Assembly (NCBI GenBank): GCA_000002445.1
Contig: CM000207.1
Span: 1,024,001 to 1,088,000 of the forward strand
From: Trypanosoma brucei
Taxonomy: Eukaryota
Length of the DNA: 64,000 nucleotides
Reading direction: 5' to 3'
Shown: positions 44,806 to 55,950 of the stretch, in pieces
Position numbering within the stretch: position 1 is the first letter of the stretch
Layout of the letters: every line of letters begins with the position of its first letter
The notes under the pieces: model-generated
The model's database searches: none
What the model was told of the DNA's origin: nothing
Seen by the model: only the letters and a program-made list of their open reading frames with translations
Made by a program: the position numbers and the translations under genes

Positions 44806-47730
44806 CCTCTTTAATGCCTATTCCGGAGCATCTCATACAGTGGCCCAACGCGGAGGGTAGTGCAAAAAAAAAAACGTAAAGTTGGTGGAGAAACCCGCCC
44901 GCCCTCCGTCCAACCTCCTTTCAAACAGTGCTAAAGGCGGCACGATACTTAAGCAAACCACTTTCCTAACGGAAATAACTCAAAAGAAAATGGGCAAATG
45001 GCACAGCACCAGGCCCCCTCCACTGTTAGTAAGCGCAGCGAACTTCCTTCCCACTTTGAGGGAGCGTCGCAAGAGATAATATCCAACCCCGACTTGGCAT
45101 CTTCGAAAGCGGCCTGGCGATAAGGAGAGGAAATGAAGATGTGTCTTCAGAAGGGACTGAATATTGCAGCCGTTATAGGAATCCGCATTTACTCCGGCAG
45201 ATTGATCATGAACAAAACAGGGTGTGTGGTGCTCGGGGGACGTTTTGATCTCACAGTTGCGCCGGCAGTCGCTGGCAACCGCTTCAAAATGAGCTTTTCT
45301 TCCCTTCGCTCAAATATTGATGATCTTTTGTTTGTTTTACCTCCTCTCACAAATGAAGAACACGGTGGTGAACGCAAACTGGCGTTGCCACTCTCCATTA
45401 CTCCAAGCATGCATCGCACAAATACACGCGCACAGCTTGTGTATATACGATATCGCGTGATCATGCAGGGCTTTTCAAATATCAGCGACACACCATTGAT
45501 ATTCATGCCTTCTTAACTCTTTTTCACCCAATCTATCATTCCACATCATTTCTCCCACTAGAACACAATGGTATGGAGTAATAATGTGAGGTGAAGCACA
45601 TACATATGATGTGAGAAGGAGAGGTGTGACACTGTAGTGTTTCATCCGAAGGAAGAGTTAACAAATAACATATACAGTAGCCACACCTCCCATATTGTGC
45701 ACATAATGCCTCATGGTATATTATTAGTATGTACAGGGGAAAACTATGTCGATATATTATAACAAACCTTCACAGCCACAAAATATACGGTTTGCATTAT
45801 TCTCACATTTCTAGAAAAGCGGCAAACACAAAGGAGCTTATTATCATATTCCTATAAATTCCCCATACGTGTGCAAGCTGTCCCCTCAGCATATAATATA
45901 TTGTGATATGGTGAACATAACCCCCCACCAGTGCGACAAATATGGGATCTATGTAAATATAAATAAATATACACTTGCCTCTTGGACATATTGGATGTCA
46001 TATACAACAGCATTTGAGTTGTATTCTCTGTTAGGCCAACTTATGTATATATAATAGAGTGAGGCCTTTCCAGACTGTGATGAAATGAGTTGGTGTGTAT
46101 TAATGACAACTCTCCCAAGGCATACGGAAGAGATACTATTTCCCCTGAGGGCTGCCGAATCTTTCCTCTGGAACTTTGCCCTGGGGGCTCCGATGCATTT
46201 TGACGCCCTAAGGGATCCAGCAGCGCATTTTCGTTCTGAACCGGCAATGTCCACACTTCAGCGATGCTGGTGGGCTGCGTCCATACTTCGTCCTATGCAG
46301 CCTCCTTTCGTGAGATGGCCTCGCATTTCGACTCGGCTCCGTTTTGCAAGATTCCCGCCTCCCCGCAAACCTCCAGTACACGATGAAAGTTGAGGCATTT
46401 CTTTTTCCCATTGAACATTCAACTTCCGCGCGTGGCACTGCACCGCCAAGACTTCAGTCGCTTACTAGATGCAAGTCCATTCGTGTCATTCCAATATGCC
46501 GGTAACCATGGAGAAATGGTCATTCCACTTTCCAAAACCCTCACGTACGTGCGTTTTACTTCTGATGGAGGAGAAAATAAAAGAGTTACTGCGTCCTCAA
46601 CAATCATATTTACGAAGTAACAATGCCTCGCTATCCGATGAACGACCACCCGCATTCCGTTAGTCTCTTTAGGAAATGGCATTTGGGTTCTTATTGATAA
46701 GCAACAACAAAACACATTTGCATGCATTTATATTCGAAAGGATGCGTGCGCGAGGTTACTTTACCCGACTTATGTTATTTGTCGATGCCGTTTCGATATA
46801 ACAAAAAAAAAGGAGGTTGGCTCTTTTTCTGAGTTCTAGGCAAGGTGCTCGACGCTGACACATTGGTGAGGCAAGTGCCGAACTGTGGAAAGACTATGGT
46901 TTGATCAGCGAATTGCTGCGGGGGATGCGGCGGTGGTTGGCACGGGCTCGTGTTGCTGTCGCCTGAAACGTTCTCTGCGATGTCACCGCCGGTATGAGTT
47001 TGTTGTGGTCGGGATGCTCGGATGCCGATTCTTTGTGGGCTTTGAGAAAGAACGTTTTGATTCCCCACCGCTGGTAACCAGGGATGGGTGTCACGTCTAG
47101 TATCTGATTGTGGTAGGAAGTGGAACAATAGAAATGTAGGTTAGTGGTTTCCCAATCGGGCTGGTAACAGGCTCAAATTGTTTAAAAAAATCAGTTTGTG
47201 AGGTAGACTACCGGTGTGAATAGGGGAGTTCTTCCGCATTTGACTTCTTTGACTGCTTGCTGATCTTACGTTCTACGTACCTTTTCCAAGAAACTGAAAG
47301 AGGGATCGGTGCCCTTACTATGCAGAAGAGGTATTGTTGGGCATCTGCTATTCGCCTTAGTGTTTGTGATTTTATCATTTAAGAAATTGGTGCATTGCTC
47401 AGTAGCGCCTGAAGTGTGTGTGGGGATTAGTTGATACTGTAACGAAGAAAATCGTTTTTGTTATTTCGTGAGCATTACAGCTTTTTATTTTTAAAGGTAG
47501 AAGTTCTTTTCAACCTCTTTGGAGTGCCGGATACAGTATGAATGACTACTAATTGAGGGTTGATTCCTGCGTTGCCTTCCTAACAAAATGCTTTCCAGCA
47601 CTTCATCTACTGTTTCATTTGTTAGTAACTCTTTTTTGGTTTTTGTGACCCTGATTATTCATGAGGGAGATGAGGGGTAGTGAATTACGTGGTTGTGTTG
47701 CTGTGTTTAGGCAAATGTACGTGACTCGAG

Positions 47731-47768
47731 TGTATGTATGTATGTATGCATGCATGTATGTATGTATG

Positions 47769-47802
<34 letters not shown>

Positions 47803-47803
47803 G
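47731..47803. repeat. Compound (GTAT)n-(GCAT)2-(GTAT)n-(TA)n-(GT)n microsatellite
   Basis: tgtatgtatgtatgtatgcatgcatgtatgtatgtatgtatatatatatatatatatgtgtgtgtgtgtgtgg read directly. Confidence 0.9.
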
Positions 47804-48511
47804 TGTTCTCTTAAGAATGTGTACCTACACCACACGCGTTGTACATAGAGTTAGATGTGGAATTACATTGTATTGGTGCGATCATATCACTCAGCACCGT
47901 TGTTTTTGTTCGTATTTCATTTGTCTGATTGCTTTATTACATATTTCCCTATTGATGTGTTATCAAGGGGCATACAAGGTTATGTCTGTGTCGCTTTGGC
48001 GGACATTTTACCGCGAAGCGGAGCATAGTTGAAGTGAATGTGGCGCGCTAATAACCTGAGATATGTTACTATTGTTGGTACGGTGCGTGGTAGATTGTTG
48101 CGTCACATTCCCACCGTTGTTTGGATGGAATGCCCATGCACGTGATATTTGCGGCTCCTTTCCTCCTTTTTTAACATAATGATTTTTATGGCAGCGGAGG
48201 GTCCTTGCAGCATTGCCATTTGACGTGTTGCACGCAGACCCTTCAGAGTAAAGGACCGTTTGTTAATTGACGACGGGCTATGCGAGGTGCAGTGCTACTT
48301 TCTCTACAAGGACAAAGGACGTGTGTGCGTGTGATATTTAGTTCTTTCATTTTAATTGCATTTCCCCTTGACTAACGTTATTTGATGGCACGCCCCCTGC
48401 AAAGCACGATATACAACAAAAAATTTTCTTATCTGCAGCAGTGAAAAGTTTTTATTTTTTCTGATCCATTTGACTTTTAGTATAAAGGGCAAGGTAAAGT
48501 TTGGTTACCCG

Positions 48512-48513
<2 letters not shown>

Positions 48514-48540
<27 letters not shown>
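48514..48540. repeat. (GT)13 microsatellite
   Basis: tgtgtgtgtgtgtgtgtgtgtgtgtgt read directly. Confidence 0.9.
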
Positions 48541-48543
<3 letters not shown>

Positions 48544-50968
48544 CATTGGTTTGTTGAACTCAAGGGATTTTCAAAGTTTTGTTTAGAGATCTTTTTTTAG
48601 TTACTACGAAGATATTTAATTTTCCCAGTCCTTTACGGCTCATTTATAGATAAGATGCTTTGTGTAACTTCAGCTATATTTCTTTTGGACAGAATAAAAA
48701 ATAGCTGCGTACATTCCACTCTTTCCCACAATATAAGGCACGTCACTTTTTATATTCGCACGATATGCCGTCTCTGTTTCCCAACACATGTGCTTAGTTT
48801 CACCGACTCAGCTGAACGCTACGGTTTGGTTTGGTTGTGCGTCCTACTTGGTTGTCATCTCTTCCTGTTTTCGTTTATAACTAAGGAATACACAGAAGGA
48901 TGGACTAGAACTCAAAACGCTTTGTGCCGTCCGTCAAATAGATAGATGCCTCTCGCAACGCCCTAAGTTCTTGATGCCTTGTGAAAGGCCAATGAAGGTA
49001 TTAACACAGAAACTTCAATGCAGGAACCAAGGGAAGAATGGAGATAAGTTGGTACTGGAGAGATGTTTTTCGTGTTGTCTTTTTGTTACCTTCGTCTGAT
49101 GCGTTCACAGTGGTTTGGGTATTATTAATGGCGTACCCTGTAGCTTCTGGTATTTTTGGCTGCGTCAGTCGGCCAAAGTTTCAAGTTTTTTTTAAAATAT
49201 TTGGATACCAAACGGACAACGTAAGGTGGCTGGAGCATAAACAAAAACACTCTATTATTCACAACGCTCTTTCTTTCGGTTTTCGAACCAACTGGAGGAT
49301 AACGAATGCTGTACCGGTGACGCAGTGTCGCGGGCAATGCAATGGACCTAAAAAGCACTGAGTACCAAGGTTACTAGCTGACCACTTGTTAGGGGTGTGG
49401 GTTCGTCTCCCATGTGGCGCTTTCCTCTCCCGGGGAATGGCAGCACGTTAAAGGACTACAAGTGCTGACCATTGAAAGTAAATGACACGAAGGCGAAATC
49501 AAACAGGATGCGGTAGCATCATCTCCATGTCCACGCACCATGAAATTTGGAGAAGCGATGTAAAGTTGTATCATTCTTTTATTGGCTCCAGCGCACGTGT
49601 CTTACATGTTGGATGCTTTGGTGTATGTTTCCCATGAGGTGACACATTCGTCGACCTCACGGGACCTTTCGTGTTGTTTATACCACCAATCACCACAATA
49701 GGAAGAAAAAGCAATCATCTTCATGTGAACCAATGGCCGTGCGACTAAGTAAAAGCTTAGCCGTGTATGGAAGATGCCACCTTCATTTCTTGTCGTGTAG
49801 TGACAACATCAATGATTACTATATGTGTTCTGTTTCATCTTCCACCGCAATGATCGCTTTTACGATTCCCGCTTATGCGGGTGGATTGCATGTATGTTTT
49901 GATGAGGTGATGTTTGATCCTATTCGTTTGAATCACTTATGATCGCAGGTTCAAGATGTTCGATACATTTGCCAATGGGAGATGACACAGCACCCTCTTC
50001 TATTGATCATTATGGTCCATAATTGGCGTGTATTCCCTTTCTTTTTCCCTTTCTTTTTTTTTTTGCAAAAAAAAAAAGGAAGCTCATGTGAACTATGCAA
50101 CACCCACTGTCTCGTGGAGGGGCTCTAAATTCTATGTTCTTAGTAACAATCAATTCTTTGCCTTCCCCCAAGGTGTCGGTGAAAGGTTGACACCAGCTAT
50201 CGTCTTTAGTGTGTTGTCCGCCACGGGAAATGCTGCAAGTGGAAGGTGTTATGCCGTTTAGCTTGGACGACACCATTGGGTGATTTTCAGGTATGAAACT
50301 TACGACTCATTAGTCGTTACATGGAGTGTAAAACGGATGAATGTACCTGCCGTTTTGCCCCACACGGACCGTTGCAAAAGGCACAAGACACATGTTCGGC
50401 ACTCCAGCAGTTTGAAATGGGGGTGACACTTCGGAAGACATGCCGTCCTCAGAGTTTTTTTTTGTAGGAACGAATGGAGAGGCTTTTGAGTGTTGGGAAA
50501 ACACGGGATAGTCTTCGAAGGAGGAGTTACTGAAAGTCAGTAGGTGGTGGTGTGCCCTCTTGCTCTCAGCGCACTTTACCGATTCCAGTGTTAAGCAACA
50601 TTATGGCAAGCCCTGATTATTGGAGCAATTCTGGGGAGGCTCGACCTGCGGGTGTCTCCTCGGAAGTTGCTATGCCAGTTATCACTTCCTCTGTAGAATA
50701 TAATGTTTATGGTTATTGTTGGTCTATGGAACTATGTCTGTTGTTTGTGTGGAGTATATGCTGGTCGCAACTTTTTTTTGCTTTTGTGTGTGCGTGTGCG
50801 GATCACTGCTGTTGAATGTGCTCACCTTCATTTTCCCTACAGCAAACTGCTGATCCGACATCTGATTTTGTCTTTTCCCCCATCGAAAACATTTACATAT
50901 CTGTCGGCATTTCTTTATAAATTAAATATTCGGCATAGTTTGCGCGTTTCGTATCCATTTGGTGAGTG

Positions 50969-51415
50969 ATGTCTCGAGTGTACGTTGGTAACATTGAAAA
51001 ACGTGCAACAAAAAAGGAACTACTTGAGTTCCTGAAACCAATGGAGGAACATATCGAGGACTCGTGGTTAGCTCGGCGACCTCCGGGGTTCGCCTTCATC
51101 ACAATTGCTCCGTCTCGTGCGTGTGAATTCGTGGAGACTTTCAACGGAAAGGAGTTTCGTGGAAAGGCTCTTTTGGTTGAGCTGTCCACAATGTCGTCAC
51201 AGCGGAAGGACGGAGAGAACCGCCGCCGCCGAAGCAGTGATAGCAGACGTGATAGCAGTCGACGCAGGAGGAGGTCTGGAAGCCGCTCAAGGCACAGTGA
51301 TAGACGGCGCGACCGGAGTCGCAGCCGCAGTCACCGGCGGGACCATTCAAGAGACAGAAAGCGCCGTTGCCGCTCACGCAGCCGTAGTAGCTCTCAGGGG
51401 CCTTGTTCCCCGTGA
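50969..51415 (+). CDS. SR protein with one RRM and a C-terminal RS domain (SRSF3/SRSF7-like)
   Basis: The ORF track begins at GTG 50966; ATG at 50969. RNP2 VYVGNI, RNP1 PGFAFITI, and WLARRPPGFAF...LVELS is collinear with SRSF3/7. The C-terminus is RS/RD dipeptide-rich (RRRRRSGSRSRHSDRRRDRSRSRSHRRD). Confidence 0.85.
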   Translation: MSRVYVGNIEKRATKKELLEFLKPMEEHIEDSWLARRPPGFAFITIAPSRACEFVETFNGKEFRGKALLVELSTMSSQRKDGENRRRRSSDSRRDSSRRRRRSGSRSRHSDRRRDRSRSRSHRRDHSRDRKRRCRSRSRSSSQGPCSP

Positions 51416-51705
51416 AATGTTGTACTTTCGGAAAAGCAATCCCAAAAGAAGTAACGATACGTGGCGAGATCCCCCCATTTTTTTTCGTTGAAGAGTACTA
51501 ACCGTATCAGTAAAGTCATGAATGAAAGGTGCGTTGAAAATCCCTATTCTTCTTTGAGACATTCTGAGTTACCCTACTCCACCTCTGGTTTAATCATCAA
51601 ACGTTGGCGGCTTATCGGTGGTTTTGTGTACGGGATTTCCCAAACTTGGTTTTCTTTCTGCAGGGGAGTTCGTTCCCCTCATTGATATCCTATTTACAAT
51701 TATAT

Positions 51706-51741
51706 AACTTTGTCTTTCCCTACAGTGTTGTCTACTCTCAG
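51706..51741 (+). promoter_or_regulatory. Polypyrimidine tract with two AG acceptors upstream of the PDE-like gene
   Basis: ctttgtctttccctacag tgttgtctactctcag, then 17 nt, then ATG 51759. Confidence 0.5.
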
Positions 51742-51758
51742 AACAACTCTTGTTAAGA

Positions 51759-53714
51759 ATGGAAGGAAAAAATGAGAGAGACCAATACCAGGATTTGGCA
51801 CTCCACTTGAGTTTCTCATCTGGTACAGAGTTGAGCGATTCATATGTAATGTCCTATAGGGGCAGCGATGGGTGTTTTGGCGATGCTGTGTTCAATGGTG
51901 CCGCACCCGCTCGGAACGTCCTCTTTGGGAACATTCCATGCAAACAAAGAGTGGAAAAGTTTAGTATTCAGGATAGCAGCTTAGCGAATCGGTGTAACAT
52001 GCAGGTAAACTTAAAGCGTGACACACCCGTTCTTCAAGACCCTTCGGACACATTTGCAAGGATGAATCAAGTGATGCACCAAACTTTGAAGTATGTAAAG
52101 GAGGTGGAAAGTATTGATTTTAGTAGCAGTAACATAATAGATTTCAACGGTGAAATCATGGAGGACCCAAGGAGAGTGTTTCTTTCGGTATGCACCAGTG
52201 TGTTTGCTAACTTCTCGTTCTGCTCTCAGTTAGATGTAGAAAAACTTCTGAGTTTTCTATCAGATATTTTCGAGAACTATTCTGAAGACAATGCTTATCA
52301 CAACGCGGTCCACGCGGCTGACTCGGTTCAAATGTTGTACCTCATATTGAGGGAGAAACCTGCAATCCTGTTATTTACCAACGAGGAGATTCTTGTTTGC
52401 TTTTTGGCTACGCTTTGTTTGTCATTCATACACCCAGGTGTAACAGACGCGTTTCTGGCACGCATTGACCACCCGCTAACCCTTGTTTACGGTGACGTTA
52501 CAACCCAGAGGTCAGCAAGCCTTACGGCCTTCCTCTACTTCCTTAATAGAGAGGAGAACCGTTTCATAGATCTGTCCTCCAGCGCTGGCACTCGTCCCAT
52601 TTCCCAATATTTGAGGGAGTTGTTGGTTGAAACGGTTCTGGCAACTGCTCCTCGATCCCGTAGGACGCTGCTGAGTGATCTTCAGGATGTGGCGGCGTCT
52701 AATGTGGTATCGGTGGATGACCTTAGGTTCCTGCTCTCAGCGATTGTGACTCTATCGGATAGTGCGCTAGCATTGCGCCCGCGGGCACAATTTATCAGCT
52801 GGTCGCGGCTACTTTGTGCTGAGTGGCTGAGCGAGGCAACTCAAGAAGAGAGGAGAAGGATGGACCCACTCGTGCCGAACCTCCAAAAGCGAGTCGGTGA
52901 AGGTGGACTCACGATGGTATCGGATTACTGCCGGGTGTGGCTACGACCTGTGGCTGCTGCGACCCGTGCACTGGTTCCGCAGGACCTTTACGACAATTTG
53001 GAGCGAAACAGTGATGTCCCCACTTTTGGTGAAGTTGCAGCCTTCTCTGTGCCGGATGTTTCGGCTGATAAGCCATGGAGTGATGGAAGTTTATCTGTTT
53101 TTGAGATTCTTCGCAAGGTGACTATGCATGCAAAGTCTTTGGACCGAAAGGCCTCAAAGCGTGCCATTCTCAACGCAACATGTGGGCGTCTGGTATCGGC
53201 CCCCGCGTCGCAATTGTCATCACCGTTCCATGCACCTTCTGAACCGTCGATTTCGTGCTCTCCGGTGGAGAAATTGGTTTCTCATCCAAGCCGGTGCGAG
53301 CATTACTTCTCGTTTTTGCGGCTTTACGACACTTACGACAGAGAGGGCCGTCCCGCAACCGAGTTTGCAGAGCAGCTAGTTTTTTTAGCGATGCAGCTGA
53401 ATCCTGATTATGTTGGGCGTTACGCTCGCGAGGGCATAGATGCGTCTTCTAAGGAGGACTGCAGCAAGATTGCGTCCCTTATTATCCAAAGTGAAGAGGC
53501 ACCATCCACCGCGGAGGTGATAGCATCCCCATTGCGCGGGGCTGAGCAGACCGATGGCTTCATTTTGCGTTTGATGGAGATGTACACCGAACGCGACAGA
53601 AACAGAAATAATTGCTCCGTCCAGAATAGCCACACAAACCTTCAGTCGACTTCGAGGTGCCTCTTGCCTTGCTCCAACCCCGTATACGGGGGTATGGACC
53701 GTGGAAGAAAGTAG
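51759..53714 (+). CDS. Class I cyclic-nucleotide phosphodiesterase-like protein with a degenerate catalytic site (predicted non-catalytic PDE homologue)
   Basis: The track start is TTG 51750; ATG at 51759. YHNAVHAADSVQ (52296-) matches the PDEase_I YHN..HAADV.Q motif. At the HD..H position the protein has LSFIHPG (L-S at 52419-52424) instead of HDVDHPG, and YGDVTTQRS replaces YND..LENHH. Confidence 0.8.
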   Translation: MEGKNERDQYQDLALHLSFSSGTELSDSYVMSYRGSDGCFGDAVFNGAAPARNVLFGNIPCKQRVEKFSIQDSSLANRCNMQVNLKRDTPVLQDPSDTFARMNQVMHQTLKYVKEVESIDFSSSNIIDFNGEIMEDPRRVFLSVCTSVFANFSFCSQLDVEKLLSFLSDIFENYSEDNAYHNAVHAADSVQMLYLILREKPAILLFTNEEILVCFLATLCLSFIHPGVTDAFLARIDHPLTLVYGDVTTQRSASLTAFLYFLNREENRFIDLSSSAGTRPISQYLRELLVETVLATAPRSRRTLLSDLQDVAASNVVSVDDLRFLLSAIVTLSDSALALRPRAQFISWSRLLCAEWLSEATQEERRRMDPLVPNLQKRVGEGGLTMVSDYCRVWLRPVAAATRALVPQDLYDNLERNSDVPTFGEVAAFSVPDVSADKPWSDGSLSVFEILRKVTMHAKSLDRKASKRAILNATCGRLVSAPASQLSSPFHAPSEPSISCSPVEKLVSHPSRCEHYFSFLRLYDTYDREGRPATEFAEQLVFLAMQLNPDYVGRYAREGIDASSKEDCSKIASLIIQSEEAPSTAEVIASPLRGAEQTDGFILRLMEMYTERDRNRNNCSVQNSHTNLQSTSRCLLPCSNPVYGGMDRGRK

Positions 53715-54020
53715 CGGAGCGATTGCTTCCCCGTGTATGATATTTATGGAAGTGCTATGTATACGATCGTAATTGTTGCGCGTGTAGGGAACTCTTCCCC
53801 CCTTTGCATTTTATATCTTTCAAACTTATTTGGTGAATCATCGTGCCAAGGTAACGGTGGTGATGAGACCACAGAATTTTCTCCTTTTATTCCTTTTCCC
53901 GATTTTTTCAACTGTTGGCCTTGTCGATTTCTGCGGTCACTTCCTTCCTGTTACCGTGTCTGGCAATGCGATCAGTGACTTCGACTGCTGGCTGTGTCTT
54001 TGCCCTTGGTTTAATTTGCA

Positions 54021-54072
54021 TTTTCCTTCTTTCTCCTCCACTACCTTAATTACAACGGTATGGTATTTGCAG
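54021..54072 (+). promoter_or_regulatory. Polypyrimidine tract + canonical AG acceptor ('tttgcag') 7 nt before a small-ORF ATG
   Basis: ttttccttctttctcctccactaccttaattacaacggtatggtatttgcag, then ggactc, then ATG (54079). Confidence 0.5.
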
Positions 54073-54078
54073 GGACTC

Positions 54079-54282
54079 ATGGGCCCACGCATGGCCGGTT
54101 TTCTGTTAGGTTCGGTTGCTGCTGCATCGGTGGCGGCTTTCCTCGTGCAGTACGACGTACTTCGTAGAAAGGACATAACAGAGAGGGAGATTGATGATAT
54201 GGAAACCCAAGCTGCGCTGGTTAAGGATCGTTTTTACCGGGTGCAGAGCAGGTTATTGGAATGTCAGGGAGGTGATGAATAA
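54079..54282 (+). CDS. Candidate small protein (67 aa) with one predicted transmembrane helix
   Basis: MGPRMAGFLLGSVAAASVAAFLVQYDVL is a hydrophobic helix followed by a charged tail. There is a strong acceptor signal just upstream. The track ORF 53830-54282 starts at a TTG inside the polyY tract. Confidence 0.4.
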   Translation: MGPRMAGFLLGSVAAASVAAFLVQYDVLRRKDITEREIDDMETQAALVKDRFYRVQSRLLECQGGDE

Positions 54283-55288
54283 TGTTCTCTCCATTTTTGA
54301 TGGGTGTCATAAACGGTTTAACGAAGGAAAGAGTTTATTTTTATGGAGAGTGTGAAATGAGGAGGTGGTAGAAGAGGGAAAGATAATGCTGGAAACGGAA
54401 GTTTTAGCATCTTCTCTTGCCCTTCCTCTCGTTATTTTAGTGGGACCCCCTTTTCTCACATGCCGACGGTGAATAGTGCTGTAAGAGGACTTCCGGGACC
54501 TCTTCCCTTTCGGGATGAGTACGTCACTGCGTATCGTTAGATGTTTCACCGACGTATAATCCCCCCTTCCTTGATGTCCACTGCAAAAAGCATTGAGGAG
54601 AGAAAAAAATGTGGCGACCGAAACACGGTTCCATTTTTTAAAGATGCCAGATTTCAACACAAATGATTCGGGCGCCACTGCCTGTTCAGCCATTCCCAAA
54701 GGGGTCCGAAAGTTTTTCTTTGTTGTTTTTACCGTGAGTGTTGCACACTATGAGGTGTTTAAGGTATTGCAGTGTTGCTTTAGTGGAATCAGAGGTTGCT
54801 GGTGAGCCGGTGTTGGTGTTGAACTGCCACGGAGAGTCTTTTCCTATAGTGCTTGTGGATTAGTTCGTGCGGGAAGAAGGGGACGTACGTACAGGGTGTG
54901 AAGCAAAATTGGTCACGTAGGTTGGCGTGTTACCTTGTTACACTCTGAATGCTAAAACGGTGCTTCCGCCCCCACACCGGGCTCCAAAGACAAAAGTGTG
55001 TTGCCGTTTATAAAGGTTGAAGTGATGTACTACTATACGAGGGGGGTGCCTAGCTTTGTTGGAGTGGAGTGTGTGGTGATAACGAACCCACTGTTGTAGC
55101 ATTTTATGGGGGTGCCAGAAGGTGCCATTTTTTTAAAGTGACGTTGTGCATTGCACTGAACGTGGAGCGAGTTACATCCTTTCCATACGATACACTTTCC
55201 GCTTTTATTCTCCACGCTTCTTTTTTTTTTTTGTCCATACGCGTTTTTTTTAATTATTTGTGTAGGAATCAGGGAAAGTGGCTTCCCC

Positions 55289-55777
55289 ATGGCTCAGTGG
55301 GTTCCTAAAACGGCGTGGAAGGTATCCAACCTCAACAAGCGCTATGGGCCTGGATATATTACATCTGGGTTTTCAAGTGAAAACACGCTTGGTTATACGC
55401 ATATGGTGCATGACTCCCACAAACTACGCGAGAAGCTTTCCAGCAGGAAAGGCATTTTCGTTATCGATGTACGTGACCCTGGGGAAAGAAAGCTGAACCC
55501 CGTTCCGCGTAGCGTTGCTTTACACCACCACGATCTGCTCTCAGGGGCATCGTGTCCCATTCTTCCACAGCAAAAAAGTGCTGCAGAGCTTTTCGTTTTG
55601 GCCAGTAACGAGAGCCGCGGATTAAATAGCGCGGCGGCTCTCCGTCGCTGGGGATATGACAGTGTTGTTCAGGTCGACTACAATACCTTGGTTGAGGCTG
55701 GTTATGTTTCTCGGTGTGACTATGCGACGGCAGGCACGAAGGACAGTGCTGAGCAAGCGGTTTCTGGTGAGGACTAA
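55289..55777 (+). CDS. Rhodanese-like domain protein, apparently lacking the active-site cysteine
   Basis: ATG at 55289, preceded by polyT + 'tgtag'. FVIDVRDPGE ... LFVLASNESRGLNSAAALRRWGYDSV aligns to the rhodanese CX..G.RS..AA..L...G loop, with no Cys in that loop. Confidence 0.65.
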   Translation: MAQWVPKTAWKVSNLNKRYGPGYITSGFSSENTLGYTHMVHDSHKLREKLSSRKGIFVIDVRDPGERKLNPVPRSVALHHHDLLSGASCPILPQQKSAAELFVLASNESRGLNSAAALRRWGYDSVVQVDYNTLVEAGYVSRCDYATAGTKDSAEQAVSGED

Positions 55778-55950
55778 TTTTTGTTGGAGGGTAGGTACGC
55801 GACCTCTTCACCGTATTTATTAACTTTAATCTTTTAAAAACTGTTTGGCGTATTTTTTGTTCACTTACCCACCTTCTTCCCTCATTAGGTGAGAGTGCGT
55901 ACACTGCAGTGAAACAATTTTTTTTCATAGGTAGGACACGAACGAATCTT

